Source: the human T2T-CHM13v2.0 reference genome, Homo sapiens. Taken from it: DNA of 64,000 bases. Shown piece by piece: positions 16,790-33,299 of the stretch. A program made the translations under genes and the position numbers. The stretch lies in the NCBI RefSeq assembly GCF_009914755.1, contig NC_060930.1, one strand, 5' to 3'. Within the stretch, counting starts at the first letter, position 1. Every line of letters begins with the position of its first letter. The notes beneath the pieces are model-generated. The model saw only the letters and a list, made by a program, of their open reading frames with translations. It made no database searches and had not been told where the DNA came from.

Positions 16790-17053
16790 TGGGCAGTCTC
16801 ACTCTGTCACCGACTGGAGTGCAGTGGTATGATCATAGATCACTGTAGCCTCGACCTCTTGAACTCCCACCTCAGCCTCCTGAGTAGGCAGGACTACAAG
16901 TGCATGCCTCCATGCCTGGCTAATTTCTTATTTTTGTGGATATAGGGTCTTGCTATGTTGCCCAGGCTGGTCCTAAACTCCTGGCCCCAAGTGAATCTCT
17001 CGACTTGGCTTCCCAAAGCACTGGATTACAGGCATGTGCCACCCAACCTGGCC
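16790..17053 (-). mobile_element. AluJ
   Basis: Diverged antisense Alu. Confidence 0.85.
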
Positions 17054-17109
17054 CACAGTTCTTTTTTGAAGGGTTATCAGAGTGGCACATCTCTATGTCT
17101 ACTACAGCC

Positions 17110-17260
17110 TATTCTAGAAAAAAAATCGATTATTCAAGTATCTATATCAAGGAGCTAGAAAAAGAACAGCAAATTAAGCACAAACAAAATAGAAGGATGG
17201 AAATAATAAAGATAAGAGCAGAAGGCAAAGAGATACAAAGCAGACGAGCAAGAGAGAAAA
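17110..17260 (+). mobile_element. L1M ORF2 fragment, inverted relative to its neighbour
   Basis: Translates KELEKEQQIKHKQNRRMEIIKIRAE. Confidence 0.75.
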
Positions 17261-17842
17261 TTTGGAGCCCCTTTTTGAGGTGCAAAGACGGAGTTAAATC
17301 TGCATTGTGATTTGATGGTTCCCTGCCCAATCCTGCTGGTTGTTATGGATGGTCATTATCAAGTGCATCCAAGCCCTATGGGATGATAAGACAACAGTGA
17401 ATGCAAATTTAGAAACCTGAGAGCAATTAACAATAAAAAAATTAAGTATGAGAGTTTGCAAAGCAGTTCTCATGCCTTGCAGTAGGCTAACAGAAAAGGT
17501 GGGATATGAGGCTCAGGACTGATAGTTCTGGCCTATCCTGAGTGGCTCATCCATCCCATTACAAACCAGCACTCCACAGAGCAACAGGACAGAAGTCTCT
17601 CTACCTCAGGGCAATAGGTGCCCAACTCAGGAGCTGTTCCCCTGTCCTGGTGCTGCCAGACTTAGAACCAGAGTTAAGTTGCAACATAAGCCCATCAGGG
17701 CATATGCTGCATGAGCTAAGAGCGGAAAGGGTCTACAGCCCTAGACAGCATGGACCAGCAGTGTGGGACTAGATTCTGAGGGTGCTTAATCAAGGCCGGG
17801 GAGTGATCGTAATACTGGAGATGAGAGAGTTTCTTGACTTAG

Positions 17843-18124
<282 letters not shown>

Positions 18125-18673
18125 TGATGCAAACTTGCTGCTAAGGTGGCTCCTAGAAGATTGGAAAAGGCAATGTCCCATGCTGAGCAAGGTTGAAATA
18201 CCTGAATTTCTCTGGTAGATGATAGAATAAGGGATTACACAAGAAGTGAGCATGCTAAAATGGATATATTCTGTGAGGCCAATCAGCTCACTAGAGGACT
18301 ATATTCCATGGGAAGGCCTAGAGGACACATCATCCACCAAGGCCATCCAGATCGAGCTGTGAAGGGGTGTTGGTGGTCGGTGGTGGCTCCCTCAGCAGGG
18401 AGCAATGGTGACAGAAGAAATTGTCACAGGAGTGGGCTCACTGATGGCAACTGGGATATGGAGCCTGAAGCAATTGAGGACAAATGGCAGTGCTTAGGCC
18501 CCAGAAGCCAGGTGGTTATTATAACTACCAACAGGGTCAGAATGGTGGCCAAGAAGGCCTGACCTGCAGGAAGTCATGGAGATGTTAAAACAACATGTCA
18601 TTCCTGGGGGCAAAATACTTGGCAATGGAGCTCCTTTCTCAGGTGCAGATACTTGGAGTTAAATTTTCTTTGG

Positions 18674-18675
<2 letters not shown>

Positions 18676-18713
<38 letters not shown>
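18676..18713. repeat. (TG)n microsatellite
   Basis: Seen directly. Confidence 0.97.
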
Positions 18714-18718
<5 letters not shown>

Positions 18719-18816
18719 AAAGAAGGCAAGAATGAACGAATAGGAGACTAAGGGTCATCAACCCACTAAAAAAATTTAAAAGACTTGTGATATGTTGCTG
18801 AGTTTGGGGAGATTTG

Positions 18817-19187
18817 TTCTTTTTTTTCTTATTTTAAGTTTCAGGGTACATGTGCAGTATGTGCAGGTGTGTTACATAGGTGTATCATGGTGGTTTGCTG
18901 CACAGATCAACCCATCACCTAGGTGTTAAGCCCAGCATTCATTAGCTGTTCTTCCTGATGCTCTCCCTCCCCCGACCCCAACAAGCCCCAATGTGTGTTT
19001 TTCCCTCCACCGTGTATCCATGTGTTCTCATCTTTCAACTCCTACTTATAAATGAGAACATGCAGTGTTTGGTTTTCTGTTCCTGGGTTAGTTTGCTGAG
19101 GCTAAGGGGTTCCTGCTTCATCCATGTCCCTGCCAAGGACATGATCTCATTCCTTTTTATGGCTGCACAGTGTTCCATGGTGTATAT
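18817..19187 (-). mobile_element. L1PA (about PA8) 3' end fragment
   Basis: Antisense 3'UTR. Confidence 0.9.
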
Positions 19188-19197
19188 AGGATTTTCT

Positions 19198-19230
<33 letters not shown>

Positions 19231-19517
19231 TTTTTGAGATGGAGTCTCACTGTGTCACCCAGGCTGGAGTGCAGTGGCATGATCTTGGCTCACTGCAACC
19301 TCCACCTCCTGGATTCAAATGATTCTCTTTCCTCAGCCTCTGAGTAGCTGGAATTACAGGCACCTGCCACCACACCTGGCTAATTTTTGTATTTTTAGTG
19401 GAGATGGGGTTTTACCATGTTGGCCAGGCTGGTCTCGAACTCCTGACCTAAGATGATCCACCCATCTTGGGCTCCCTAAGTGCTAGGATTACAGGTGTGA
19501 GCCACCGTGCCTGGCCC
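19198..19517 (-). mobile_element. AluS
   Basis: TSD aggattttct. Confidence 0.92.
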
Positions 19518-19814
19518 AGGATTTTCTAATGACTTTTAAAAAGTTTATTTTTTAGTTTAATTCAATATTTTGTATGATTGCAATCCTTTGACATTTGTTG
19601 AGACTTGCTTTATGGCCCAGCATACAGTGTATCTGGATCAATGTTCCGTGTGTATGTGTTTTTTTTCAAAAAGGGGAACAAATAGTAGTTTTGTTTTATT
19701 TTTCTTATTTTAAAACTTGTCTATATTTGAGGTATACAATGTGGTGTTCTGATAATACATATATATGGTGAAGTGATTACTATAGTTAATTAATATATTT
19801 GTCGTCTCACATAC

Positions 19815-22009
19815 TATGTTAGTCCTTTCTCACACTGCTATAATAAAGAGTTACCTGAGACTGGGTAATTTATAAAGGAAAGGAGGGTTAATTGACTCAC
19901 AGTTCTGCATGGCTGGGGAGGCCTCAGGAAACTTAACAATCACGGCAGAAGGCAAAGCAAGCACCTTCCTCACAAGGCAGCTGGAGAGAGAGCACAAGTG
20001 AAGGAGAAACTGTCAAGCACTTATAAAACCGTGAGATCTCATGAAAACCCACTATCATGAGAACAGCATGCAGAAACTGCCCCCGTGATTCAATTATGTA
20101 TGAGGTCCCACCCTCAACACCTGGAGATTACAATTCCAGATGAAATTTGGGTGGGGAGAGAAAGCTGAACCCTGTCATTCCACCCTTGGCCACTCCCAAA
20201 TCTCATGTCCTTTTTACATTTCAAAACCAATCATGCCTTCCCAACAGTCTCCCAAAGTCTTAACTCATTTCAGCATTAACTCAAAAGCCCAATGTCCAAA
20301 GTCTCATCTGAGACAAGGCAAGTCCATTCCACCTATAAGCCTATAAAATCAAAAGCAAATTGGTTACTTCCTAGATACAATGAGGTACAGGCATTGGGCA
20401 AATAGATCTATTCCAAGTGGTAAAAATTGGCCAAAACAAAGGTGCCACAGGCCCCATGCAAGTCCCAAATCCAGCGGGGTAATAATTAAATCTTAAAGCT
20501 CCAAAATGATCTCCAATGACTCCATGTCTCACATCTGGGGCACACTGATGCAAGGGGTGGGCTCCCATGGCCTTGGGCAGCTCTTTCACAGGCTGGCGTT
20601 GAGTGCCTGTGGCTTTTCCAGGTACAGAGCGCAGGCTGTCAGTGGATCTACCATTCTGGGGTATGAAGGATGGTGACCGTCTTCTCACAGCCCCACTAGG
20701 CAGTGCCCCAGTGGGGACTTTGTGCCGGGGCTCCAACCCCACATTTCCTTTCCACCCTGCCTTAGTAAAGGTTCTCCATGAGGGCTCCACTCTTGCAGCA
20801 GACTTTTGCTTGGACATTCATACACTGTCTGAAATCTAGATGGAGGTTCCCAAACCTCAATTCTTGACTTCTGTGCACCCACAGGCCCAACACTATGTGG
20901 AAGCTCCCAAGGCTTGGGGCTTACACCCTCTGAAGCAACTGCCCAAGCTGTACCTTGGCCCCTTTTAGCCACAGCTGGAGCTGAAGCAGCTGGGACACAG
21001 GGCACCAAGTCCTGAGACTACACAGAGCTGGGGGGCCCTGGGCCTGGCACAAAAATTATTTTTTCCTCCTAGGCCTCTGGGCCTCTGATGGGAGAGGCTG
21101 CCACCAAGATCTCTGACATGCCCTGGAGGCATTTCCCCCATTATCTTGGTGATTAACATTGGCTACTCGTTACTTATGCAAATTTCTGCAGCAGGCTTGA
21201 ATTTATCCCCAGAAAATGGGGTTTTCTTTTTTTATTGCATTGTCAGACTGCAAATTTTCCAAACTTTTATGCTCTGCTTCCCTTTTAAATGTAAGTTCCA
21301 ATTTCAGATAATCTCTATCAAGTTCAAAAGTCCACAGATCTCTAGGGCAAGGGCAAAATGCCACCAGTCTCTTTGCTAAGGCATAGCAAGAGTGACCTTT
21401 GCTTCAGTTCCCAGTAAGTTCTTCATCTCCATATGAGACCACCTCAGCCTGGACTTCATTGTCCATATTACTATCAGCATTTTGGTCAAAACCATTCAAC
21501 AAGTCTCTACGAAGTTTCATACTTTTCCACATATTTCTGTCTTCTTCTGAGCCCTCCAAACTGTTCCAATCTCTACCCAGTTCCAAAGTCGTTTCCATAT
21601 TTTCAGTTATCTTTATAGCAGTACCCCGCTGTGCTGGTACCAATTCTCTGTATTAGTCCATTTTCACACTGCTATAAAGATACTACCTGAGACTGGGTAA
21701 TTTACAAAGAAAAGAGATTTAATTAACTCACAGTTTTGCAAGGCTGAGGAGGCCTCAGGAAACTTCCAATTATGGCAGAAGGCGAAACAGGCACCTTCTT
21801 CACAAGGTGGCAGCAAAGTGAACCCTTGTGAAGAAGGAACTGTCAAACACGCATAAAACCATTAGATCTTGTGAGAACTCACTATCACGACAACTGCATG
21901 GGGAAACCACCCCATGATTCAATCACCTCCCATGAGGTCCTTCCCTAAACTCCTGGAGATTACAATTTGAGATGAGATTTGGGTGGGGACACAAAGTCAA
22001 ACCATATCA
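19815..22009 (-). mobile_element. Complete THE1D/MSTA-type MaLR element (LTR 19815-20177, internal region, LTR 21649-22009)
   Basis: Two direct LTRs flank a ~1.5-kb internal region. There is a degenerate 5-bp TSD (catac/caaag), and the host is an L1MA 3' end. Confidence 0.92.
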
Positions 22010-22370
22010 CAAAGTTAATCTTTCCTTTTAGGTAATCTTATAGGATTACCTAAGATAGACCCTTGTGGCAAATTTCCAGCATACAGTACAATATTATTAA
22101 TAATCTTCACATTGTACACTACATCTCTAGACTTATTCATATGACATAACTGCAAGTTTGTACCTTTGTACTCGTATCTTCCTATTTTCTGCACTCCTCC
22201 ACCCTTGGTAATCACTGTTCTATTCCGTTTGTATGTATTTGATTTTTTTAAAGTATCCATATATAAGTGAGATCATGCAGCATTTGTCTTTTTCTGTCTG
22301 GCTTATTTCACTTAGCATAATGTCCCCTAGTTTCATCCATGTTGTTGCAAATGGCAAAATCTCTTTCCTT

Positions 22371-22674
22371 ATTTATTTATTTATTTTGAGACAGAGTCTC
22401 CCTCTGTCACCCAGACTGGAGTGCAGTGGTGTGATCTCAGCTCACTGAAAGCTCTGCCTCCCTGGTTCATGCCATTCTCCTGCCTCAGCTTCCTTACTAG
22501 CTGGGACTACAGGTGCCCACCACCATGCCCAGCTAATTTTTTTAATTGTATTTTTAGTAGAGATGGGGTTTCACCCTGTTAGCCAGGATGGTCTCGATCT
22601 CCTGACCTTGTGATCCACCCGCCTCGGCCTCCCAAAGTGCTGGGATTACAGACATGAGCCACTGCGCCCGGCTG
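22371..22674 (-). mobile_element. AluY/Sc
   Basis: TSD aatctctttcctt. Confidence 0.92.
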
Positions 22675-22701
22675 AATCTCTTTCCTTTTTAAGACTGAAT
22701 A

Positions 22702-22706
<5 letters not shown>

Positions 22707-22755
<49 letters not shown>
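22707..22755. repeat. (CA)n(TA)n
   Basis: Seen directly. Confidence 0.95.
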
Positions 22756-22756
<1 letters not shown>

Positions 22757-23112
22757 CCCACAACTTCTTTATTCATTCATCTGTCCACAGACACTTAGGT
22801 TGTTTCCATATCTTTGCTACTGTGAATCATGCTACAGTGAACATGGGAGTGCAGATATCTTTACAAAGTGTTGATTTTATTTCTTTTGGGTATATATCTG
22901 GAATAGCGATTGCTAGGGCATATGGTAGTTCTATTTTTAATTTCTTTAGGAACCTCCATACTGTTTTTCTTAATGGCTACACCAATCTGCATTGCCACCA
23001 ACAGTGCACAAAGGTTTTCTTTCTCTACACCTTGGCCAATACTTATTATATCATGTCCTTTTGTTAACAGCCATCTTAATGGGCATGAGATGATAGCTTA
23101 TTGTGGTTTTGA

Positions 23113-23795
<683 letters not shown>

Positions 23796-24379
23796 AGGGC
23801 TACCTACTTTTAAATCAGGTTATTTGCCTTTTTGCTGTTGAGTTGTGTCAGTTCCCTGTATATTTTGGAGATTAACCCTTTACCTGATAAATGGTTGGCA
23901 AATATTTTCTTCTAATTCGTAGGCTGCCTTTTCATTTTGTTTATTGTTTTCTTTGCTCTGCAGAAGCTTTTTAGTCAGATGTAGTTCTACTTCTTTTTCA
24001 TTTTTTGTTTTGCTTTTCTTGCCTGTTATTTTGATGTCATATCCAAAAAATAATTGCCAAGACCCACGTCAAGGAACTTTTCTCTTATTTTTTTTTTCCT
24101 AGGAGTTTTATGGTATTGGGTCTTACATTTAGATCTTTGATCCATTTTGAGTTGATTTTTTTGTGTATGGTGTAATGTAAGTGTCCAGTTTCATTCTTTG
24201 GCATGTGGATTTCCAATTTTCCCAACACTATTTATTGAATAGACCATCCCTTCTCTATCATGTCTTCTTGGTGGCATTGCCAAAGATTAATTGACCATAT
24301 ATGCTTGGATTTATTTCTGGGCTCCTGATTCTGTTCCATTGGTCTATGTATATGTTTTTATGCCAGTACTATACTGTGG

Positions 24380-24645
24380 TTTTTTTGAGACAAGGTATTT
24401 GTTGGAGTGCAGTGGTGCTGTCTCAGCTCACTGCAGCCTTGACCTCCTGAGCTGAAACAATTCTCCCATCTCAGCCTCTCAAGTAGGCAGGACTACAGGT
24501 GCATACCACCACACCCAACTTATTTATTTATTTATTTTTGATATGGGGTTTAGCCATGTTGCTCAGGCTAGTCTGGAATTCCTGAACTCAAGCAATTCAC
24601 CTGCCTTGGCCTCCCAAAGTGCTGGGATTACAAGTATGTGCCACC
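24380..24645 (-). mobile_element. AluJ
   Basis: Diverged antisense Alu. Confidence 0.85.
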
Positions 24646-25499
24646 ATACTGTTTTGATTACTGTTGCTTTGTAATACAATTTGAAATTAGGAATGTGATG
24701 CCTCCAACTTTGTTTTTGTTTTTTTTTTTTTTTTCCCTTAAGAATATTTTGACTATTCAGGGTCTTCTTTGGTTCCATATGAATTTAAGAATTATTTTAT
24801 TTGTTCCTGTAAAAAAGTTCATTGGAATTTTGATAGAGATTATGTTGAATCTGTGTATTGTTTTAGGTAGTATGAACATTTTAGTGATATTAATTCTTAT
24901 AATCCATGAATACACAATATTCTTTCATTTATTTATGCCTTCTTTAATTTCTTTCATTATTGTTTTATTTTCTGTGTATAGATTTTTCATCTCTTTGGCT
25001 AAATGTATTTGTAAGTATTCTTTGATGCTATTATAAATGGGATTGTTTTCTTGATTTCTCTGTAGGATACATTGTTATTGTTGTAAAGAAATGCAACTGA
25101 TTTTTATATGTTGACTTTGTATTCTGCAACTTTACTGAATTTGTTTATTAGTTCTGATTTTTTTTTTTTTTTTTAGTGGAAGCTTTAGGATTTTCTACAT
25201 ATAGGAGCATGTCATCTGAAAACAGTGACGATTTAACTTCTTCCTTTCTGATTTGGAAGCTTTTAATTTCTTTTTCTTGAATAATTCTTGTGACTCAGAC
25301 TTCCAGTTCAATGTTTAATAGAAGTGGTGAAAGTGGGCATCCTTGTCTTATTTCTGATCTTAGAGGAAAAGCCTTCAACTTTTTACCATTATGATTTTAA
25401 TTGTGGGTTTGTCATATGTAGTGCAGGTTTTTTTGGCTAATATTATTTATTTGACTTATTGTTTTCCATATTTGACTTTCAAATATTTGCATTTCAACA

Positions 25500-27370
25500 T
25501 TATTTACCCTTCTTTTCAACAATATGAAGATTTGAAGTGCATTAACTTTAATTACCCCCATCCAAACTTACATACTACAGTTATACAGTATTTTACTTCT
25601 AGACTATTTTCCCATTTATCATAATTATTTTTGATAGAATCCATGCTTCTTTGAATTTACTTACTTTGCTCATCATTTCTTCTTGCATCTCAGTCTTTCC
25701 ATCTGTGGTCATTTTATTCTACTGAAGTATCCACTTTAGAATTTAATTTAGTAGGAACGTTTTGGTGATACATTGTTACTTTTGTCTCTGTTGGTTTTTG
25801 TGGGTTTTTTGATCTTTTTCTTTGGAAGTTACTTTTTCTGGTTATATAATTCTAGGTAGAAAATTATTTTCTTTCAGCTTATTGATGGTATTTTTTCTAT
25901 TATCTTCTCACTTCCATGGTTGCTACAAGGTACCAGCAGTCAGTCTAGTTGCTATTCATTTGTCGATGATCTCTTTGGCTTCCTTTTAAGGCCTCTTTCT
26001 ATCTAATGCTCTGAAATTTTACCATAATAAGTCTGGGTATTGATTCTGGGGTACGTTTGTTGGTCTTCCTACACCTGCTTATTGATGTATTTCAATAATT
26101 CTGGAAAATTATCAGCCGTTATCCACAGAACATATCCTATTTCCTATTGTCTTATTCTAGAATTTAATTAGACAGAGGGTAGGTCTTTCTAATTTTTAAA
26201 TGTTTGTTAATTATAAATCTTGATTTTTTTGTGTTCTTGCCAAATCTGTTGTGTTTTTGCAAATAGTTTTAGAGCAATATCAGTGTTATAATTTTTTGCT
26301 TCAGCCATCGAACATAATTTAGGATACTCAAGAGGAAAAGGAGGGCCTATTGTATTTACCCATATTTTGGCTTACAATGTTAGTTTTCTCCTGCCTCATG
26401 TTTTAAGGTTTATCTTTTATTGTTTCCTTTCTGTTTAGGGATCTTCGCTTAGCCATTCTTTTAGGGTAGGTGTGCTAGTGATAGATTCTCTTGGTCTTCC
26501 TTCATCTGAGAATGCTTTATGTATAATTACCAAGGTTTTTACTTGCACTTAGTGGGAAGAATAGAGAAAAGTATGCCTACTTCATCTCCCCAGAAGCAGA
26601 ACTCTCCTACCTTCTAATGCTGTTTGTTTTTTAACATCAGAATTTTTAGTTTCTTTTTTTTTATTGGGAGGATTTGTCTAGATAACTATTCCATTATTTA
26701 AAGGGACTAGAAGTGCCGTGTTTTCTTGCATTTTGTTATTGTGACCGTGAACTGCTCCTTTTTACTAGAAATGTATTTATGCAGATTATTTGAGGTCTAG
26801 GTTAAAGTTGAGTATTTTCGGCCAGTCACTTTTAAACACTATCCATCAATGTCCACCTTAAATTAAATTTTCCTTTTTAGGGTTTTCAGACTACATAGAT
26901 AACAGAAACTCAGGTCCACATGAAGCCCAACTTATAGTTATGAATTATCAGGGGATTATTTTAATTTACTCCTTCCAACACTGGGGTTGAGATAGTAAAT
27001 TTCCTTGCTATTCCTTTCTTTTCAGTGGGGCTTCACTGTGGGTAAAGTTCTTTGGAGTCTCAGCTTTTTGGGGGAATCTCATTTTTATTCCCCACCTGGG
27101 TATGTTTTGGGCTTTACTTTCTGCCACCTGTACGTGGTGTAGTCATTAAAATAGAAACTCAAGGATTCTGGATTTTGGCAAAATTCTCCATGATAGATGC
27201 TTGCTTTGGTGCTTCTAGAGTTCTGTGTCTTACTTCACTTGGGAGATTGGCATATACTTACTTTTACGCAAGTTAATATACAAAATATATTTTAAAACAT
27301 TTATTATTCAGTATTTGAGTCATTTTATGTAGGTGGGTTTGTCAGGGAATCTAATTTACTGTACTCCTGG
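25500..27370 (-). mobile_element. Very old L1M fragments
   Basis: T-rich degenerate L1-like sequence. Confidence 0.45.
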
Positions 27371-28849
27371 AAAAAGAATTACTCATAATATATTATTTTC
27401 TTCTATAAACTTTTATCTTCTTAGCATATGTGTCTTAGCTGAATATGTTGCAGTCTTAAAGTATTTAATGATTACCCCATTTCTTATCATTACTTGGGGA
27501 CTTTTTTCCAAATAGTTTAAATTTTCTACTTCTTGTTTATTATCAGTTTTCTTTCTCCCTCTTAACCCTATAGTATAAAACAGGCTATGTAAAATGATCT
27601 TCTGAAAAGCTGTTCAGTCAGGCCGGTATGATTAGATGTCATGAAAGTGATGTGGCATGATTTTCTGGCTACATAATCATCTCAGGTTCCTTGCTTCTGG
27701 ATTGAAATTTAGGAGAGGGAACCTGGAGATCAGAAATGATTTATTGTCTTATTTACACATAAAGTGAACAGGAGAAATCATTCTATATCTAGCTAGAAAT
27801 GTTCATAAGAGATATTATCTCTCAAAAAGCAATTGGGGATGTGGGGATTAGAAATGGCAACAGAATTGCTATAGACATGATGTTCTATCCAAATTAATAA
27901 AATTCAAGGAAATAATTATGTTAGAGTGGAAGAGGGTTGCCTTTTCCTAGATCTCTGGAGCATTAGTCTGAGATGAGGCTCAGGAGACAACTCAGGAAGG
28001 TACACATGCACCCATGTACACACATGTGCACACACACTTGCATACCTACAAAAGACACACGCATTGTAAATACACATATATAATTAAGTAGTTACAGAAC
28101 AGGGGAAATTCTGGCAAGTGAGTCACTGGGTTTTGTTTTATCCCCTTCCTGATAATCCTCAAAGTAATATATGTTCATTAGAAAAACATTGAAAAGTCCA
28201 GAAAAATCACCCATGATGCTACTTCCTAATAAAAACAATGGCAATATTTTGGCATATTTCTTTTGCACTTATTAAATATGGTTCAGCTTGTATGAATAAT
28301 TACACTCAGTTCTGCTTTCTTCCTCTACTTGCCATTCTATATTAGGTATATCCCCATGTTTCTAAATAGTATTTTAATCATGGCAAAATATTCTTTCATG
28401 TGGGTAGTTCACAATTTTGCTAAGGCCCTCTTATTAGAGATTGAAGTTGTTAAAATTTCTCCAATAATAAATTGAGTCACTATTGCCCTTTGTCTTGGCC
28501 CTAGAAAAGTAATTTTTAAAAATGGTGAAATCTCTGAGAGATCCAAGTTCAGCCATCGACCTATGACCTAGGAGTTCTTCGTGGGAGCTTCTGCATCTCC
28601 AACTCCTACCCTTGTCTTGGCCATGGCAAACTTTTCAAAGGATTTCTCCCAACCACATATGATACATGTTCCCCTTGAGAGGATTCTGGTAAATTTTTTT
28701 TAAAAATCCCCATCTCACTATATTTCAAGTGCTATTTTAGCCCCCTGTTGTATATTTGATACGTTAGTGCCTGGGCACCAATTGGTACCTTGTGAAAGGA
28801 CGAAATTATTCTGGGTTTGCACTGCAGGTAAGCATTTCAGACAAGGGTA

Positions 28850-30359
<1,510 letters not shown>

Positions 30360-31866
30360 TTTAGGACATAGAGTTGGAGTCTCATCCCATGGCTGAACCT
30401 TAAAGCAGAAAGCCAACCACATGGTCCACGCCGCATACCACTGTTTCCTTCCTGGAAAGGACACCCACTCTCTGCTTCCTGCTTAAACCTCCAAAATCCT
30501 GCATAAAGGAAAAAAACATGTTAGCAGGCTTCTTCCTGGCCCACCCTCTCTCAACATTCAACCCCACCATGGTGCACGAATGTGAAAACAGAGAATTAGG
30601 TGCACGTGGAAGCAGAGAATTAGGTGATGGTAAGAGACATAACTAATTGTTGTGTCTGTTCTGCATTAAGTTGGATGAGTGACACATGTTCCCCAGTGGA
30701 ACAGATCTAGCAGTAAAGTGCTCACCGAAAGCTCTGTGGCTTTGGGCTTTGACTACAGCTTTGAGCCATTTTCTTCTCCTCCATCTGATTTCAATCACTC
30801 CTTTTGCAAAAGCCCCAAAGCTACCTTGTGCCTGCTTTCGGAGATTCAGAACTGGGACCCCACAGACCTTATTGCCATTTCAGCTGCCAGGAAGATTAAC
30901 AGTGGTGCCTAGCAGAGCTCCTGGCTTTCAGCAGCTAGATGAGAAGGCTAAAGCTGGCACATCTGGATTCAACAGGAACCTGAGATAACTGAGCCAGTTT
31001 GTTTAGATTCCACAGTTTTCCAGGCTTGCCAGGACACTCCAGCCTCCCAGACAACTCAAGGACTTGGCCAAAAAAAGTTCAGTGAATAAGTGATAGTTGA
31101 CACACCATCCTAAACTCAGCCACAGCAATGTCTGTGCTCAGGCCCTCACCGGGAGTGGCCCAGAAACAGCACAGAGCCCCTTGGCTGGGAGCTTGCCCTG
31201 GGTGCAGCTAGCTGCACGTGGCTCCTGGTTTCTGCTTTGTGAGGATTCCAAGGGCAGCTGAGGCTACTTGTTGCCCTAACTCACTTGCAAAGCTGGTCAA
31301 GCTCCCATCTAAGCAAAGGTTTTTCCTGCTTTTGATTACTTTTGCAGGGAGCCTCTGAGGGTGCACAGAGTCATATTTCCTGCCATGTTTGTTTAGTCTC
31401 TTTTTCCACTGGCTCTTTCCCTTTCAGGCCGGTAGAGGCAGAGTCTTTCTTGTGGCTTGATGCCAGTTGAAACTCTTCCAGATGTGGCTGAAGGAGCCTG
31501 GAAGTTTCCCTTCTGAAGCTAGAATCTTCAGTCTAATTCCTAGGAGATGCAGTCTGGGAGAAGAGACAGATGCTTGCGTATTCCCCACTCCTGCGTAGAA
31601 CACATATTTGAGTACCTTTTTGCTGTACACTAAGCTCTGTGCTAACCTCTGAGAACTCAGATGAATCAGGTATAAATTCAGCCTTGTTGACTTTTACGGC
31701 CTATGAAAAGCAATGAGCGTCATCACAGAGGTACACACGGGAACTGGGATTTCAGTAGAGACATAGGTAGGTTTGAGAGCACAGAAATGGGAGAAAACAT
31801 CATGGACATTTCATGAAAGTGACATGAGAGCTGGCATCGAAGGATACATATGACTTGACTCTAGTA

Positions 31867-32201
31867 CAGGGTTTCTCAGTCTCAGCACTACTGACTGGGG
31901 ACCAGATCACTGTTTTACTGTGGGGCTGCCCATACGTCGCAGACTCGGGACCAGATCACTGTTTTACTGTGGGGCTGCCCATACGTCGCAGACTCGGGAC
32001 CAGATCACTGTTTTACTGTGGGGCTGCCCATACGTCGCAGACTCGGGGCCAGATCACTGTTTTACTGTGGGGCTGCCCATACGTCGCAGGATGTTTAGCA
32101 ACGTCCCTGGCTTACTACCCACCAGCATGCCAATAGGACCCCGTCCAGCTGTGACAACCAAAAATGTCTCCAGGCAAAATCACCCTGATTGAGAGCCACT
32201 G
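31867..32201 (+). mobile_element. MER20 (hAT-Charlie) with internal tandem expansion
   Basis: TIRs cagggtttctca / tgagagccactg, plus gtgacaaccaaaaatgtctccag. Confidence 0.85.
31893..32089. repeat. 49-bp minisatellite, about 4 copies
   Basis: The ccagatcact register recurs at 31902, 31951, 32000 and 32049. Confidence 0.96.
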
Positions 32202-32623
32202 CTAGTAAGAAATCAACAAAAGAACATTCTGGAAAGAGGACACAAGCAAAGGACAGGTCCTACATGAACATAGCAGGTAACTCAGTTTGCCTAGAATGCA
32301 GGGTATGAAGAAGACTGAGGCAAAACAGGAGGAGGTTAGAACACCAGCTCCTCAGGTGGGGACTCAGTGTGTGCGCGTATGTTTTGTTCCACGAGGTATC
32401 CCAAGCACTTGGAATGGAGTCTCTCACGCAGTAGGAGCTTAGTGGTATGTGTTGAGTGGAGGAAAGTCTGGGATCACTTTATGGCAGCATAAAAACCCAC
32501 AGGATGTGGGAAGGAATTGAATGATTGACATTTTGGAGGTGTTGACTTTGAGATCTATAGACAAGCAGGCGGAGGTATACTGCAGATAGTTGGGATGCAG
32601 TGGTTGAGCTTAGGAGAAAGTCA

Positions 32624-32935
<312 letters not shown>

Positions 32936-33071
32936 GAAGTGAGAAATGTGGACATTGTCTGCACACAATCCCAGTTGGATGAGACTGGCAAGTTTCGGAC
33001 TATACAAGTCGAAATTCCTGATGACACCCACATCCGTCAGTGTGTAGCACAGATCAGTGCTTTCACACTGA

Positions 33072-33210
33072 CCTTTTTTTTAAGCGTTATTGAGGTATGA
33101 TTGATATACAAAAATTGTACGCATTTGCTACATGTATCTTGATGAGTTTGGATATATGCATATGCCTGTGATGCCATCACCACAACCAAGTTACTAGACA
33201 TACCTATCAA
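33072..33210 (-). mobile_element. L1MA 3' terminal fragment
   Basis: ttattgaggtatgattgatatac...gatgagtttgga. Confidence 0.6.
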
Positions 33211-33299
33211 GATGGTTGTTCATTATTATTCATTCTCACCTTTTTCCATGACAAAACCCACATTTTTAGTTAAGCACAGAATTATCTGAAATAAAAACT

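Noticed and set aside
31893-32089. CRISPR-like array
   Set aside because: The units are head-to-tail with no unique spacers, and the context is a eukaryotic transposon.
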